DNA from: Myxococcota bacterium | GTDB lineage: Bacteria; Myxococcota_A; SURF-8 | Assembly (NCBI GenBank): GCA_963674735.2 | Contig: CAXXQS010000002.1 | Span: forward strand, 448,001-512,000 | Direction: 5' to 3' | Length of the DNA: 64,000 nucleotides | Shown: positions 19,631-28,095 of the stretch, in pieces | Numbering within the stretch: position 1 is the first letter of the stretch | How the letters are laid out: each line of letters opens with the position of its first letter | Notes under the pieces: model-generated | The model's database searches: none | What the model was told of the DNA's origin: nothing | Seen by the model: the letters and a program-made list of their open reading frames with translations, nothing else | Made by a program: the position numbers and the translations under genes

Positions 19631-20190
19631 CAGAGGGTATCCTTTTTCTGGGGGAGTTCGGCCAGGAGTTTTTTAACGGCCACCTCGATACCGGGAATCA
19701 GGTTGTCTTTGTCATCCTTCACGGTGTGGTTGATCCGGGCCACCGCCCGCTTTTCGCCGGTGTCAATCAGGCTGAGGGTCAGCACGTAGCGATCGCCGAC
19801 ATGACCGATGAGACCGTTGAGGAGATAAGGCGATTCGAGCAGTTCGCCGAGTTTCGCGTAGCAGCTTTCGTTATCGCAGACTCCCATCAGCGCCTGTTTT
19901 TCGGTCGTTTTGACCATGGCGGCGATGTCCGAGGCGCACATGACCTCGAAGCGGTTGGCGGCGGAGAGAAAGTTGCAGGCCAGATCGGTGAGCACGGCGG
20001 CGGTATCGGCGGAGACATCCTTGGCGGTAAAGCTGCGCACGGCCAGCCGTTGAAGTTTGGCGGGTTGGGCGGCGGCGGCAGCGGGTGCTTGGGCCAGGGT
20101 GTCGGGCGCCGTTTGCGCTTGGGCGATAGGTACCGCAGGGGTGACGGCCAGCAGAACAATGACGGTCAAAAGTAGGAAAAGGCGTGTCAT
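19630..20190 (-). CDS. Secreted hypothetical protein (TolB-N/FlgO/CsgG-like alpha/beta domain)
   Basis: Signal peptide; CDNESCYAKLGELL..YLLNGLIG..GDRYVLTLSLID pattern. Confidence 0.6.
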   Translation of the reverse strand: MTRLFLLLTVIVLLAVTPAVPIAQAQTAPDTLAQAPAAAAAQPAKLQRLAVRSFTAKDVSADTAAVLTDLACNFLSAANRFEVMCASDIAAMVKTTEKQALMGVCDNESCYAKLGELLESPYLLNGLIGHVGDRYVLTLSLIDTGEKRAVARINHTVKDDKDNLIPGIEVAVKKLLAELPQKKDTL

Positions 20191-20516
20191 ATCCGTTCCT
20201 TTCTAAGTAACCCGTTCACGACGTCGAACGACGCAAAGGCACTGCGAGGAGAAGACCCGTAGGCCGCTTTCCAAAACCCCTCATGACAAGTCGGCCGCCA
20301 TCGGGCTTGGTCCACCCTCGATATGGGTTTTTAATGTGACGCGGGAAGGAGTCGGCAGACGGCCCGAGGAACAATCGGCTGGCATAACGACACAACCCTA
20401 ACAGGTATGACGTGCCATTTTCTGGCAGCGCTCGGATTTTCGCCACACGCTCGCCACCCTGCGCTTTTGCCATCGCTGTTATCCCCATCTCCTCCGTTTA
20501 ACTGTATTTACCAAGA

Positions 20517-21758
20517 TTACTCTAGCGTTTCCAGGCACAGGTCGTCAAGCAGGATTTCGTGCTGCTCCTTGGTCGTCAGGTTACGGACGACCACTTGCCG
20601 CTTCGCCAGTTCGTTTTCACCCAGAATCAACGCCGTCCGCGCACGCCGGGATTCGGCCCGGGCGAAAAGATGCTTCAGGCGTCGACCCGAGAAATCCACC
20701 TCGCCGCAGGCTCCGGCGGCCCTTAACAAAGCGGCTTGTTTGACGGCTTCAGCTTGTGCGGCTTCTCCCATCGGGATGAAATAAAAATCGAGTTGCGGGG
20801 TGGCCACAACCTGGTTTTCCAGAAGTAAAACAAGACGTTCCACCCCTAATGCGAATCCGACCGCCGGGGTGGGCGGGCCGCCCAATTCCTTGATCAGACT
20901 GTCGTAGCGTCCGCCGCCGCCCACAGCGTCCTGGGCTCCCAGCGCGGAGGCTTTGATTTCGAAAGCGGTGCGGTTGTAGTAATCCAGCCCGCGCACGATA
21001 CGGCGATTGACGGTGAACGCCACCCCCAGATCCGTCAAGGTGCTGCACACATCGTCGAAATGACGGCGTGTTTCGTCCCCCAGGTGATCGAGCATCAGCG
21101 GCGCGTCCTGGGCGATGGCGCGACAGGCATCGATTTTACAATCGAGCACGCGCATGGGATTGGTATCGAGGCGGCGCAGACAATCGGCGCAAAGCGCGTC
21201 TTTGTGGACCGTCAGATAATTCACCAGTTTATCGCGGTAGCTGCGGCGTTCGTCAGGATCGCCCAGGGAGTTGAGTTCGAGGCTCAATCCTTCGACTTCC
21301 AAGGCCTCGAAAAAAGCCATGGCCATGGCGATCAACTCGGCATCCTGGCGGGCGTCGGGGACGCCGAAAACTTCCGCACCCAGTTGAAAAAACTGCCGAT
21401 TGCGGCCTTTTTGCGGCCGTTCGTAACGATACATGGGGCCGCCGTAAACCCACTTGGCAACGGGATCAACGTTGGCCACCTTGTTTTCGATGTAGGCGCG
21501 CACCATGGACGCGGTTCCCTCGGGACGCAGGCTCAAGGCGCGGCCGCGTCGATCGGGAAAGGTGTACATCTCTTTTTCGATGATGTCGGTGGCCTCCCCG
21601 ATAGAACGGGCGAACAGCTCGCTGCGTTCCACAATCGGTGTGGCGGCGGTCTCGAAGCCGTATCGTCCGGCCACATCGAAGAAAGTCGCCTCAATGCGCC
21701 GCCAGAGATGGCTTTGGGGCGGAAGAAGATCGTACATGCCCTTGATTCGCTTGATCAT
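20517..21758 (-). CDS. hisS: Histidine--tRNA ligase
   Basis: IKGMYDLLP, KEMYTF, LRPEGTAS, RYERPQKGR, VRGLDYY, GGGRYD, GFALGVERL; start at ATG 21758. Confidence 0.97.
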   Translation of the reverse strand: MIKRIKGMYDLLPPQSHLWRRIEATFFDVAGRYGFETAATPIVERSELFARSIGEATDIIEKEMYTFPDRRGRALSLRPEGTASMVRAYIENKVANVDPVAKWVYGGPMYRYERPQKGRNRQFFQLGAEVFGVPDARQDAELIAMAMAFFEALEVEGLSLELNSLGDPDERRSYRDKLVNYLTVHKDALCADCLRRLDTNPMRVLDCKIDACRAIAQDAPLMLDHLGDETRRHFDDVCSTLTDLGVAFTVNRRIVRGLDYYNRTAFEIKASALGAQDAVGGGGRYDSLIKELGGPPTPAVGFALGVERLVLLLENQVVATPQLDFYFIPMGEAAQAEAVKQAALLRAAGACGEVDFSGRRLKHLFARAESRRARTALILGENELAKRQVVVRNLTTKEQHEILLDDLCLETLE

Positions 21759-21787
21759 GCCTGAATGAACTCCTGCTGTAATCGGGG

Positions 21788-22402
21788 TCAGCGGGCCTGG
21801 ACGGCGCGCCGGATGGCCGCGTGTACCGCCTCGACACTCTGGGTGGCGTCGATCACGACCACGTTCGGCTCCCCGTTGAAGATGGTTTCGTATTGTTCGA
21901 TGACCTTTTCGAGAAAGGCCTGTTTTTCGAAAATGCTGATTTCCGCCCGGTTCTCCAAGCGCGCCAGGGCCACCTCGGCGGGCAGGCGGCAATACAGCAC
22001 GAGGTCGGGACGACGCGCCTTTTTGTTGGCTTCACCGATCCAGGCCACATCGCCGTTAACGCCTTGGTAGGCGCGTGTCGAATAATCGTAACGATCGCAC
22101 ACGACGGTTTTGCCGGCGGCCAGGGCCGGTTCGATGGTGTTGCGCAGATGGTCGAGGCGATCCGCCGAAAACAGCAAGGTCAAGGTATCGGCGTCGACCG
22201 GCTCGAAGCGGTTGTCCGCGCGCGGGGTGACCACGCGTCGGTTGAGCATCTGGCGGATCAGGCTGCCGATGGGTCCGTCGGTGGGTTCGAAGGTCTGGAT
22301 GGCGGGCTGGCCGTCGCGGCTCAGGCTTTCCACCAGCAAACGCGCCTGGGTGGTGGTCCCGGCGCCGTCGATACCCTCGATAACGATGAAACGTGCGTCC
22401 AT
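21788..22402 (-). CDS. tmk: Thymidylate kinase
   Basis: FIVIEGIDGAGTTTQ, EPT, LLFSADR, CDRYDYST.AYQ. Confidence 0.93.
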   Translation of the reverse strand: MDARFIVIEGIDGAGTTTQARLLVESLSRDGQPAIQTFEPTDGPIGSLIRQMLNRRVVTPRADNRFEPVDADTLTLLFSADRLDHLRNTIEPALAAGKTVVCDRYDYSTRAYQGVNGDVAWIGEANKKARRPDLVLYCRLPAEVALARLENRAEISIFEKQAFLEKVIEQYETIFNGEPNVVVIDATQSVEAVHAAIRRAVQAR

Positions 22403-22591
22403 GTCGTCTCCTTGGCGGACCCGTTCCGCTTGAACGTGCTACTTTATGACCGACCGGGCGGTTTGTCAAACCCGGCGTATTGACCCGCGAAAGCGAGGCG
22501 TTTGTCTGCGTCGTCCGCTTGTGAGGCGACCGCAAATGCGCTATATACATAAAGTGAACTCAACCCCGTGCTTTTAGACGTCAGGAGCCCC

Positions 22592-24220
22592 ATGAGCGAC
22601 ATTCCCGACAAGCGGCAGCCCGATCCCGCAGGCTGGACACGGCTGGTTTGCGGTTCCTACGACCCGCAGACCGGTGTGCGCTATACGGCCCTGCAACCGC
22701 TTGTCGAACAGGGCTGCTCCCGACGCACGGCGGGACGGCTGGCCTTGGTCGGACCCGAGCTGCTCAAACACCCCAACCTACCGGAATTGATTGCATCTCT
22801 GGCAGACAAGGGTCACAAAGTTTGGATCGAAAGCACCGCCCTGGCCTTCAGCGATCCGCGTCCGGCGGCCCTGCTCAAACGCGCCGGATTGACCGGCATT
22901 CGCTGGCTTTATCTAGCCGATGACAGCCCGGCGTATCGGGAACTGGGCGTCGTTCCCAGCGATAACCAGCGAGCGCGGATACTGAAAGTCATTCGTACGC
23001 TCAAGCTGAAGCTGCTGCACGTCATCGCCTTGTCGGGCGGTGAAACGGACGCCGCCTTCGCGGAACGCCTGGCCGTCTGCCGGGCGCTGGTGGGCGATTG
23101 CGAAGAACTCGCGCTCTTGGCTCGGGGCGAAGAAGCGTGGACCGCCTGGCTGAGCGCCACACCTCCAAGCGAAGCCGAACAATCCCGCGCCGAAGATCTG
23201 ATCGCGGGTATTCAGCTTGCCCGGCGCGTGCATGACGAAGAACGTCCGGCCTATCTGCCCGGAAGCGCCGAGCTGCGCGCCAGCCTGTTGCTCGGCACCG
23301 CCTGCAACCTGCGCTGCCGTTTCTGCTATATCGACGATTATCACTACCGGCCCACGTTCGACGCGGCCTTGGCCGCCGCCGAACGTCTCATGGCGGCCGG
23401 TTGCACGCGTTTTCATCTCAGTGGCGGCGAGCCGACCCTCTGGCCCGACCTGCCCCGGCTGGTCGAACAGCTACGCCGACGCGGAGCGGAACTGGTGCTG
23501 GAATCCAACGGTCTGTTGCTGGATGACGCCGCGTTGGTCGCCACTCTTCGACGTGCCGGACTGCGGGAAGTCAAGTTGTCGCTGCACAGCTTCGAGGCGG
23601 AGGTATACGCGCGGCTCTGCGGTCGGTCCGACGCCCTGGCGCGCATTCTGGCCGCCGCTGAGCGCTGCATCGAAGCCGATTTCACCCTGCACATTCAACA
23701 TACCCTCTGCGCCGAAACCTACCGGCATTTTGCGGAATTCATCGACTTCTATGCCGCAGGTCTGCACCACGCGGGCCGTAGCTTCCTATCGGTGAGCAAC
23801 CTGTTGCTGCATGCCCCGGTGGTGGAAGCCCCCGACTTGATTCCGCGCTACCGCGATCTGCGGCCGGAGGTCGAACGCGGGCTGCTGCGGGCGGCCGAAT
23901 TAGGCATTTCGCTCGACCACCTGGGCAGTATCGACGGCTTTCCCGATTGCGTTTTCGGGCGGGGCGGCGGACGGCGCGAGCCCACCGATCAACATCGGCT
24001 GGCGGTACGTCCCGACGAAGAAGGCGGCGTAGGGCTGATTATCACCGCACCCGGCGAAGCTCTGGAACGGTTGAGCGAATTCGAGGCGCTGGACCTGAAC
24101 GCCGGGTATCTTCAGCCACCCGCTTGCGCAAGCTGCGCGCGCCGAAAACGTTGTTTGGGAGTGCAGAAAGCCTACCTGGATCTGTATGGCGACGAGGAAT
24201 TTTCACCGCTTGACGAGTGA
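22592..24220 (+). CDS. Radical SAM protein with degenerate N-terminal rSAM copy and C-terminal Cys motif
   Basis: CNLRCRFC, SGGEPTL, ESNG, C-terminal CASCARRKRCLG...YG; RBS AGGAG. Confidence 0.85.
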   Translation: MSDIPDKRQPDPAGWTRLVCGSYDPQTGVRYTALQPLVEQGCSRRTAGRLALVGPELLKHPNLPELIASLADKGHKVWIESTALAFSDPRPAALLKRAGLTGIRWLYLADDSPAYRELGVVPSDNQRARILKVIRTLKLKLLHVIALSGGETDAAFAERLAVCRALVGDCEELALLARGEEAWTAWLSATPPSEAEQSRAEDLIAGIQLARRVHDEERPAYLPGSAELRASLLLGTACNLRCRFCYIDDYHYRPTFDAALAAAERLMAAGCTRFHLSGGEPTLWPDLPRLVEQLRRRGAELVLESNGLLLDDAALVATLRRAGLREVKLSLHSFEAEVYARLCGRSDALARILAAAERCIEADFTLHIQHTLCAETYRHFAEFIDFYAAGLHHAGRSFLSVSNLLLHAPVVEAPDLIPRYRDLRPEVERGLLRAAELGISLDHLGSIDGFPDCVFGRGGGRREPTDQHRLAVRPDEEGGVGLIITAPGEALERLSEFEALDLNAGYLQPPACASCARRKRCLGVQKAYLDLYGDEEFSPLDE

Positions 24221-24243
24221 GCGGAAGCCGTGCAGACGCGCGC

Positions 24244-25446
24244 CTATGGGCGAGAAGCCGCAAAAAGGGGGGCGAGATCGTAGGTAACATACGGGCCGTA
24301 GGCGGCGGGACTGCGCCGGGCCGAAATATGTATCCGGCGTGCGATCGGCTCGATAATCACCGCTTGCAGATTCAATGGATTCCCCGCTACGCTTTTCCAT
24401 AACTCGCTCAGATCGTCCACGCTGAACGACGTCGTGTGCGCGTCGAGTCGTCGGCCCAAGGCCCGATAGCGGACATCCCCGGTGGGTTCGCGCGGTTCGG
24501 CCAGCAGGAAATGCTCGCTGGTCCATAGCAACCCCTGCTCGGACTGGCGGTGGCGAATTAAAAGCGGCGTCAATTCAGCCCCCTCCACACGCCCGGTGGC
24601 GTCGGCTAAGGTAAGGCTCCAGGCTGCCGCGATCATGTGGTCGGACAGAATCTGCCGGGCGGCATCGATATCGGTGGCCGACTCCAAGATACGCCGCGCC
24701 AGAATCGGCCCCGGCATACCACGTGGAAAGCGCCGCGCTCCCTGGGCCACGTTCAGCGCCACGGCCAATCCGGCTTCGTTGACACCGGCGATGACCCCGA
24801 TTTGTCCCGGCCAGGCGAGGGTGGCGTACGCCAGTTTGCCGTTGGGGCGCGCCACGATCAGCAGCGGGACTTGTCCGAGCAGACCGTAGCCCGGCAGATC
24901 GAGCGTCTGAGCCAGAAGCGGAGCCCCGCTACGGCTGCGTGTGCTTTCCACCGCCAGCGACAGGCCGCCTGCGCCATGAACCCCGGCGTCCATTTCGAGA
25001 ACCTGCGCCATCAGGAAGGCATCGGCGGCGGGGATATCGGCGGCAACGGCTAACGCGTTCAATTCGATAAAGGTCGTTTCAGCCAAACGACGCGACCACC
25101 CCAGGGCGCTGTCGCGTGCGGCGGACAGGGACGCGGGATCACGAAACACCTGCGGCAGGTAATGCTGTCGCAAGACGGTGAGGGGACCGCTTAGCAGCTC
25201 GCCGTGAGCCCGGCCCATCTCGGCGGGCAGGCCATCGAGGGTCAGAACGGGCAACGGTCCGTCGAGAGATAAACGTCCGTGCGCCGTTTCCCCGGAAGTA
25301 AATTCAATGGCAGGCGGAGTTCCGGCCCGGCGCAGCGCATGACCGTACACCAGTATCCCGGCCAGCAGCCCCGCCAGCAGCAGCCCCGCCAGAACGGTTC
25401 CAAGTCGCGTCGCCGCTTGGGATGGATTGGAATTCGACCACGTCAT
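24244..25446 (-). CDS. Peptidase C45/AAT-family Ntn-hydrolase homolog, probably inactive
   Basis: EMGRAHGELL, GVNEAGLAV, ILARRILE; expected nucleophile Cys absent (no Cys in the protein). Confidence 0.7.
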   Translation of the reverse strand: MTWSNSNPSQAATRLGTVLAGLLLAGLLAGILVYGHALRRAGTPPAIEFTSGETAHGRLSLDGPLPVLTLDGLPAEMGRAHGELLSGPLTVLRQHYLPQVFRDPASLSAARDSALGWSRRLAETTFIELNALAVAADIPAADAFLMAQVLEMDAGVHGAGGLSLAVESTRSRSGAPLLAQTLDLPGYGLLGQVPLLIVARPNGKLAYATLAWPGQIGVIAGVNEAGLAVALNVAQGARRFPRGMPGPILARRILESATDIDAARQILSDHMIAAAWSLTLADATGRVEGAELTPLLIRHRQSEQGLLWTSEHFLLAEPREPTGDVRYRALGRRLDAHTTSFSVDDLSELWKSVAGNPLNLQAVIIEPIARRIHISARRSPAAYGPYVTYDLAPLFAASRP

Positions 25447-25455
25447 CTTCGCCTC

Positions 25456-26298
25456 TTAGCCTAGCCGGATGTTGTCGATGAGACGCGAACGGGTGAAATG
25501 GACGGCTACCGCCAACACCGCCGGACGGTCGAGGACGGATAGCGGTTGGAGGTCGTCGGCCCCCACGACTTCGACGTAATCGATTCCCTGGTGCGAAATC
25601 GTGGCGAAACGCTCCCGCACGGCCGCAATCAAAACGGCGGACTCGCGCTCACCCGCCTCCACCAGCGCTTTGGCTTGCTGCAAAGATCGATAGATTTCCG
25701 GGGCTTGCGCGCGTTCTCCGACATCGAGGCGTGCGTTACGTGAACTCATGGCCAGCCCGTCATGCTCGCGGACGGTTGGGTAACCCATGATTTCGACAGG
25801 GAAATTCAAATCGCGGGTCATGCGCCGCACCACCGCCAGCTGCTGGAAATCCTTTTCGCCGAACACCGACAGCGTCGGTTGGACGAGGTTGAACAGCTTG
25901 GCTACCACCCGGGAGACACCATCGAAGTGGCCGGGACGCGTGGTGCCGCACAGGTGGTCGGTGAGGCGGTCTACCTCGACGCGCGTGACGTAACCGTCCG
26001 GGTAGATGTCTTCCACCGTCGGCAGAAACACCAGGTCGCAGCCCGCCTCGGCGCATTGGGCCAGGTCACCCGCTTCGTCGCGCGGGTAGCTGTCGAGATC
26101 GCTGGGGTCGTTGAATTGGGCGGGGTTGACGAAAATGCTGGCCACCAGGCGGTCCACCCGGGGACGCGCCGCACGCATGAGATCGGTATGGCCGCGATGC
26201 AAAAAACCCATGGTGGGCACGAAGCCGATACTATGGCCTTGACTGCGTTCGTTCAACGCCCAGCGCTGCATATCTTCCGCGGAATGAATCGTGATCAT
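25456..26298 (-). CDS. panC: Pantoate--beta-alanine ligase
   Basis: FVPTMGFLHRGH, SIFVNPAQF, RPGHFDGV, FGEKDFQQL, GLAMSSRN, RLIDN. Confidence 0.97.
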   Translation of the reverse strand: MITIHSAEDMQRWALNERSQGHSIGFVPTMGFLHRGHTDLMRAARPRVDRLVASIFVNPAQFNDPSDLDSYPRDEAGDLAQCAEAGCDLVFLPTVEDIYPDGYVTRVEVDRLTDHLCGTTRPGHFDGVSRVVAKLFNLVQPTLSVFGEKDFQQLAVVRRMTRDLNFPVEIMGYPTVREHDGLAMSSRNARLDVGERAQAPEIYRSLQQAKALVEAGERESAVLIAAVRERFATISHQGIDYVEVVGADDLQPLSVLDRPAVLAVAVHFTRSRLIDNIRLG

Positions 26299-26336
26299 GA
26301 CGCCGCCTTGTCAGCAGGGGGTCCGGCGCGAGAGGC

Positions 26337-27011
26337 TCAGGTGCTTTTTTTCTTGGGTAAAGGCAGGTTGCCGGACGGATTGAAATGATGGACGCCGCCC
26401 TGGATGGATTGGATTTTCTCGAACAGCTCGACGAAATCGTCGGGATTTTCCACGAAATCGATCTGCTCGGTATTGACCATCAGCATGGGCGTATCGGTGT
26501 AGTTGAAGAAATATTCGTTGTAGGCCGTCACCACCGATTCGAGATAGTCGGGGGTCATGGCCGATTCGTAATCTTTGGCGCGCTTGTTCACGCGCTTGAT
26601 CAGCCGTTCCACCGAGGCGTACATGTACACGACCAAATCAGGTGGAGCCAGGTCTTCAACCACGTGGTCGAAAATCTGTTCGTAAAGGGTCAACTCGGCC
26701 TGCGACAGAGATAACGCCGCGAAGATACGGTCTTTTTCGAAAAGGTAATCGGAAACCAGGGTGTCGTGAAACAGGTCGGCCTGCAATAGATCTTGCTGTT
26801 GCCGCCAGCGCGAGAGCAGGAAGAAAATCTGTGTCTGAAAGGCGTATTGCTTGGGCGCACGATAGTAGTCTTGCAGAAACGGATTTTCGTCGGCGCGTTC
26901 GAGGATCAACTCGGCGTCGAGTTTGGCCGCCAGCATATTGGCCAGGGTGGTTTTACCCACGCCGATGGGGCCCTCCACCACGATATATCGATTGTTTTTG
27001 TTCTTCACCAC
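26337..27011 (-). CDS. Deoxynucleoside kinase family protein
   Basis: IVVEGPIGVGKTT, ENPFL, FQTQIFFLLSR, DYLFEKDRIFA, PDLVVY. Confidence 0.9.
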   Translation of the reverse strand: MVKNKNNRYIVVEGPIGVGKTTLANMLAAKLDAELILERADENPFLQDYYRAPKQYAFQTQIFFLLSRWRQQQDLLQADLFHDTLVSDYLFEKDRIFAALSLSQAELTLYEQIFDHVVEDLAPPDLVVYMYASVERLIKRVNKRAKDYESAMTPDYLESVVTAYNEYFFNYTDTPMLMVNTEQIDFVENPDDFVELFEKIQSIQGGVHHFNPSGNLPLPKKKST

Positions 27012-27144
27012 GGCTTGTCTCGCAGGCTTGAATTTAGGGCATTATACAAGAAACACCCGGCTTGTAAACGTAAAAGGCACGGCGGATGAATTTGCTGGCG
27101 GAGCCGCTTGAAAGAAGCTAGGATAAGCGGAGAAGGAGCTGTCT

Positions 27145-27630
27145 ATGGCTAAGAAAAAAAAACCCAGTCTGGCCAACGCCGATGGGATCAAGATCGTCAC
27201 CAAAAACCGCAAGGCGCGGCATCTGTTCGCCATATCCGAAACCTACGAAGCCGGGATGGCGCTGATGGGAACCGAAGTGAAATCCTTGCGGTCGGGACGG
27301 GCGAGCCTCGGCGACGCCTATGCGCGCATCCTCAACGGGGAAGTCTGGCTGGAAAACTGCCACATCGACGAATACGAGATGGGCAACCGCTTCAACCATA
27401 ACCCGTTGCGCCCGCGTCGTCTGCTCTTGCATCGACGCGAAATCAAAAAGCTGACAGCCAAGGTAGCCGAACGCGGCTATACCCTGGTGGCCCTGGCGAT
27501 CTACTTCAAGCACAACCGCGCCAAGGTGGAGTTGGGCCTGGCCAAGGGCAAGAAATTGTTCGATCGCCGCGAGGATATCAAAAAACGCGACGAGCAGCGC
27601 CAACTCGACCGCTTGCGGCGCGTGCGCTGA
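27145..27630 (+). CDS. smpB: SsrA-binding protein SmpB
   Basis: NRKARH, EAGMALMGTEVKSLR, RRLLLHRREI, LAKGKKLFDRRE. Confidence 0.97.
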   Translation: MAKKKKPSLANADGIKIVTKNRKARHLFAISETYEAGMALMGTEVKSLRSGRASLGDAYARILNGEVWLENCHIDEYEMGNRFNHNPLRPRRLLLHRREIKKLTAKVAERGYTLVALAIYFKHNRAKVELGLAKGKKLFDRREDIKKRDEQRQLDRLRRVR

Positions 27631-27647
27631 CGCCCTACCACCCAACG

Positions 27648-27830
27648 TAGGGCGTTTCAACTCTAAGCTTTTCACCGTTTTCCACCCACTATAATTCGGC
27701 TTACGGGGTGCCATGGGCCAAGCCTTTGGCTTGCCCATGCTGTTTTCACGGGCAAACCTGACGGTTTCGCCCGTGCCACCCATCATCGATCGAAGATGAT
27801 TCGAGACTCAATCAGAATTGAAATGCCCTA
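27648..27830. mobile_element. 183-bp MITE-like element, copy 1
   Basis: Imperfect TIRs TAGGGCGTTTCAA / TTGAAATGCCCTA; flanked by CCACCCAACG direct repeats (27638-27647, 27831-27840); inverted copy at 60070-60252. Confidence 0.85.
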
Positions 27831-28095
27831 CCACCCAACGCGGTTATTCGATACCTCGCTTCTCCTGTAGCTGTCTAGAATGGTATCCAAAAGAGCGGCT
27901 GAACTTCCCCTTGCTGGCTCCGGCTCCCGATTCGCATTGTTAGAACTCGGTTAAGCGGCGTCGATGACGTTGACGAAACCCCGGCTCTTGGGTAGTTTGA
28001 CGCCAATTGACGGGGTATATGGGTAGCTGGCTTGGCCAAACCCCGCTTTTTGACTCGACCCCAACGACGGCAACGGATACGGCAGGAGGTTTTCG

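Noticed and set aside
25456-27011. Missing panB between the deoxynucleoside kinase gene and panC (and missing proC in the yggS cluster)
   Set aside because: Ordinary gene-order variation; the genes may be elsewhere in the genome
27118-27786. ORFs sharing MGKPKAWPMAPRKPN (also 60162-60368)
   Set aside because: The shared peptide is simply a translation of the MITE; the first ORF is antisense to smpB
27631-28095. Possible tmRNA (ssrA) downstream of smpB
   Set aside because: No tRNA-like 5' GGGG.. end, T-arm/CCA 3' end or tag ORF seen; the space holds a MITE and upstream sequence of the next gene
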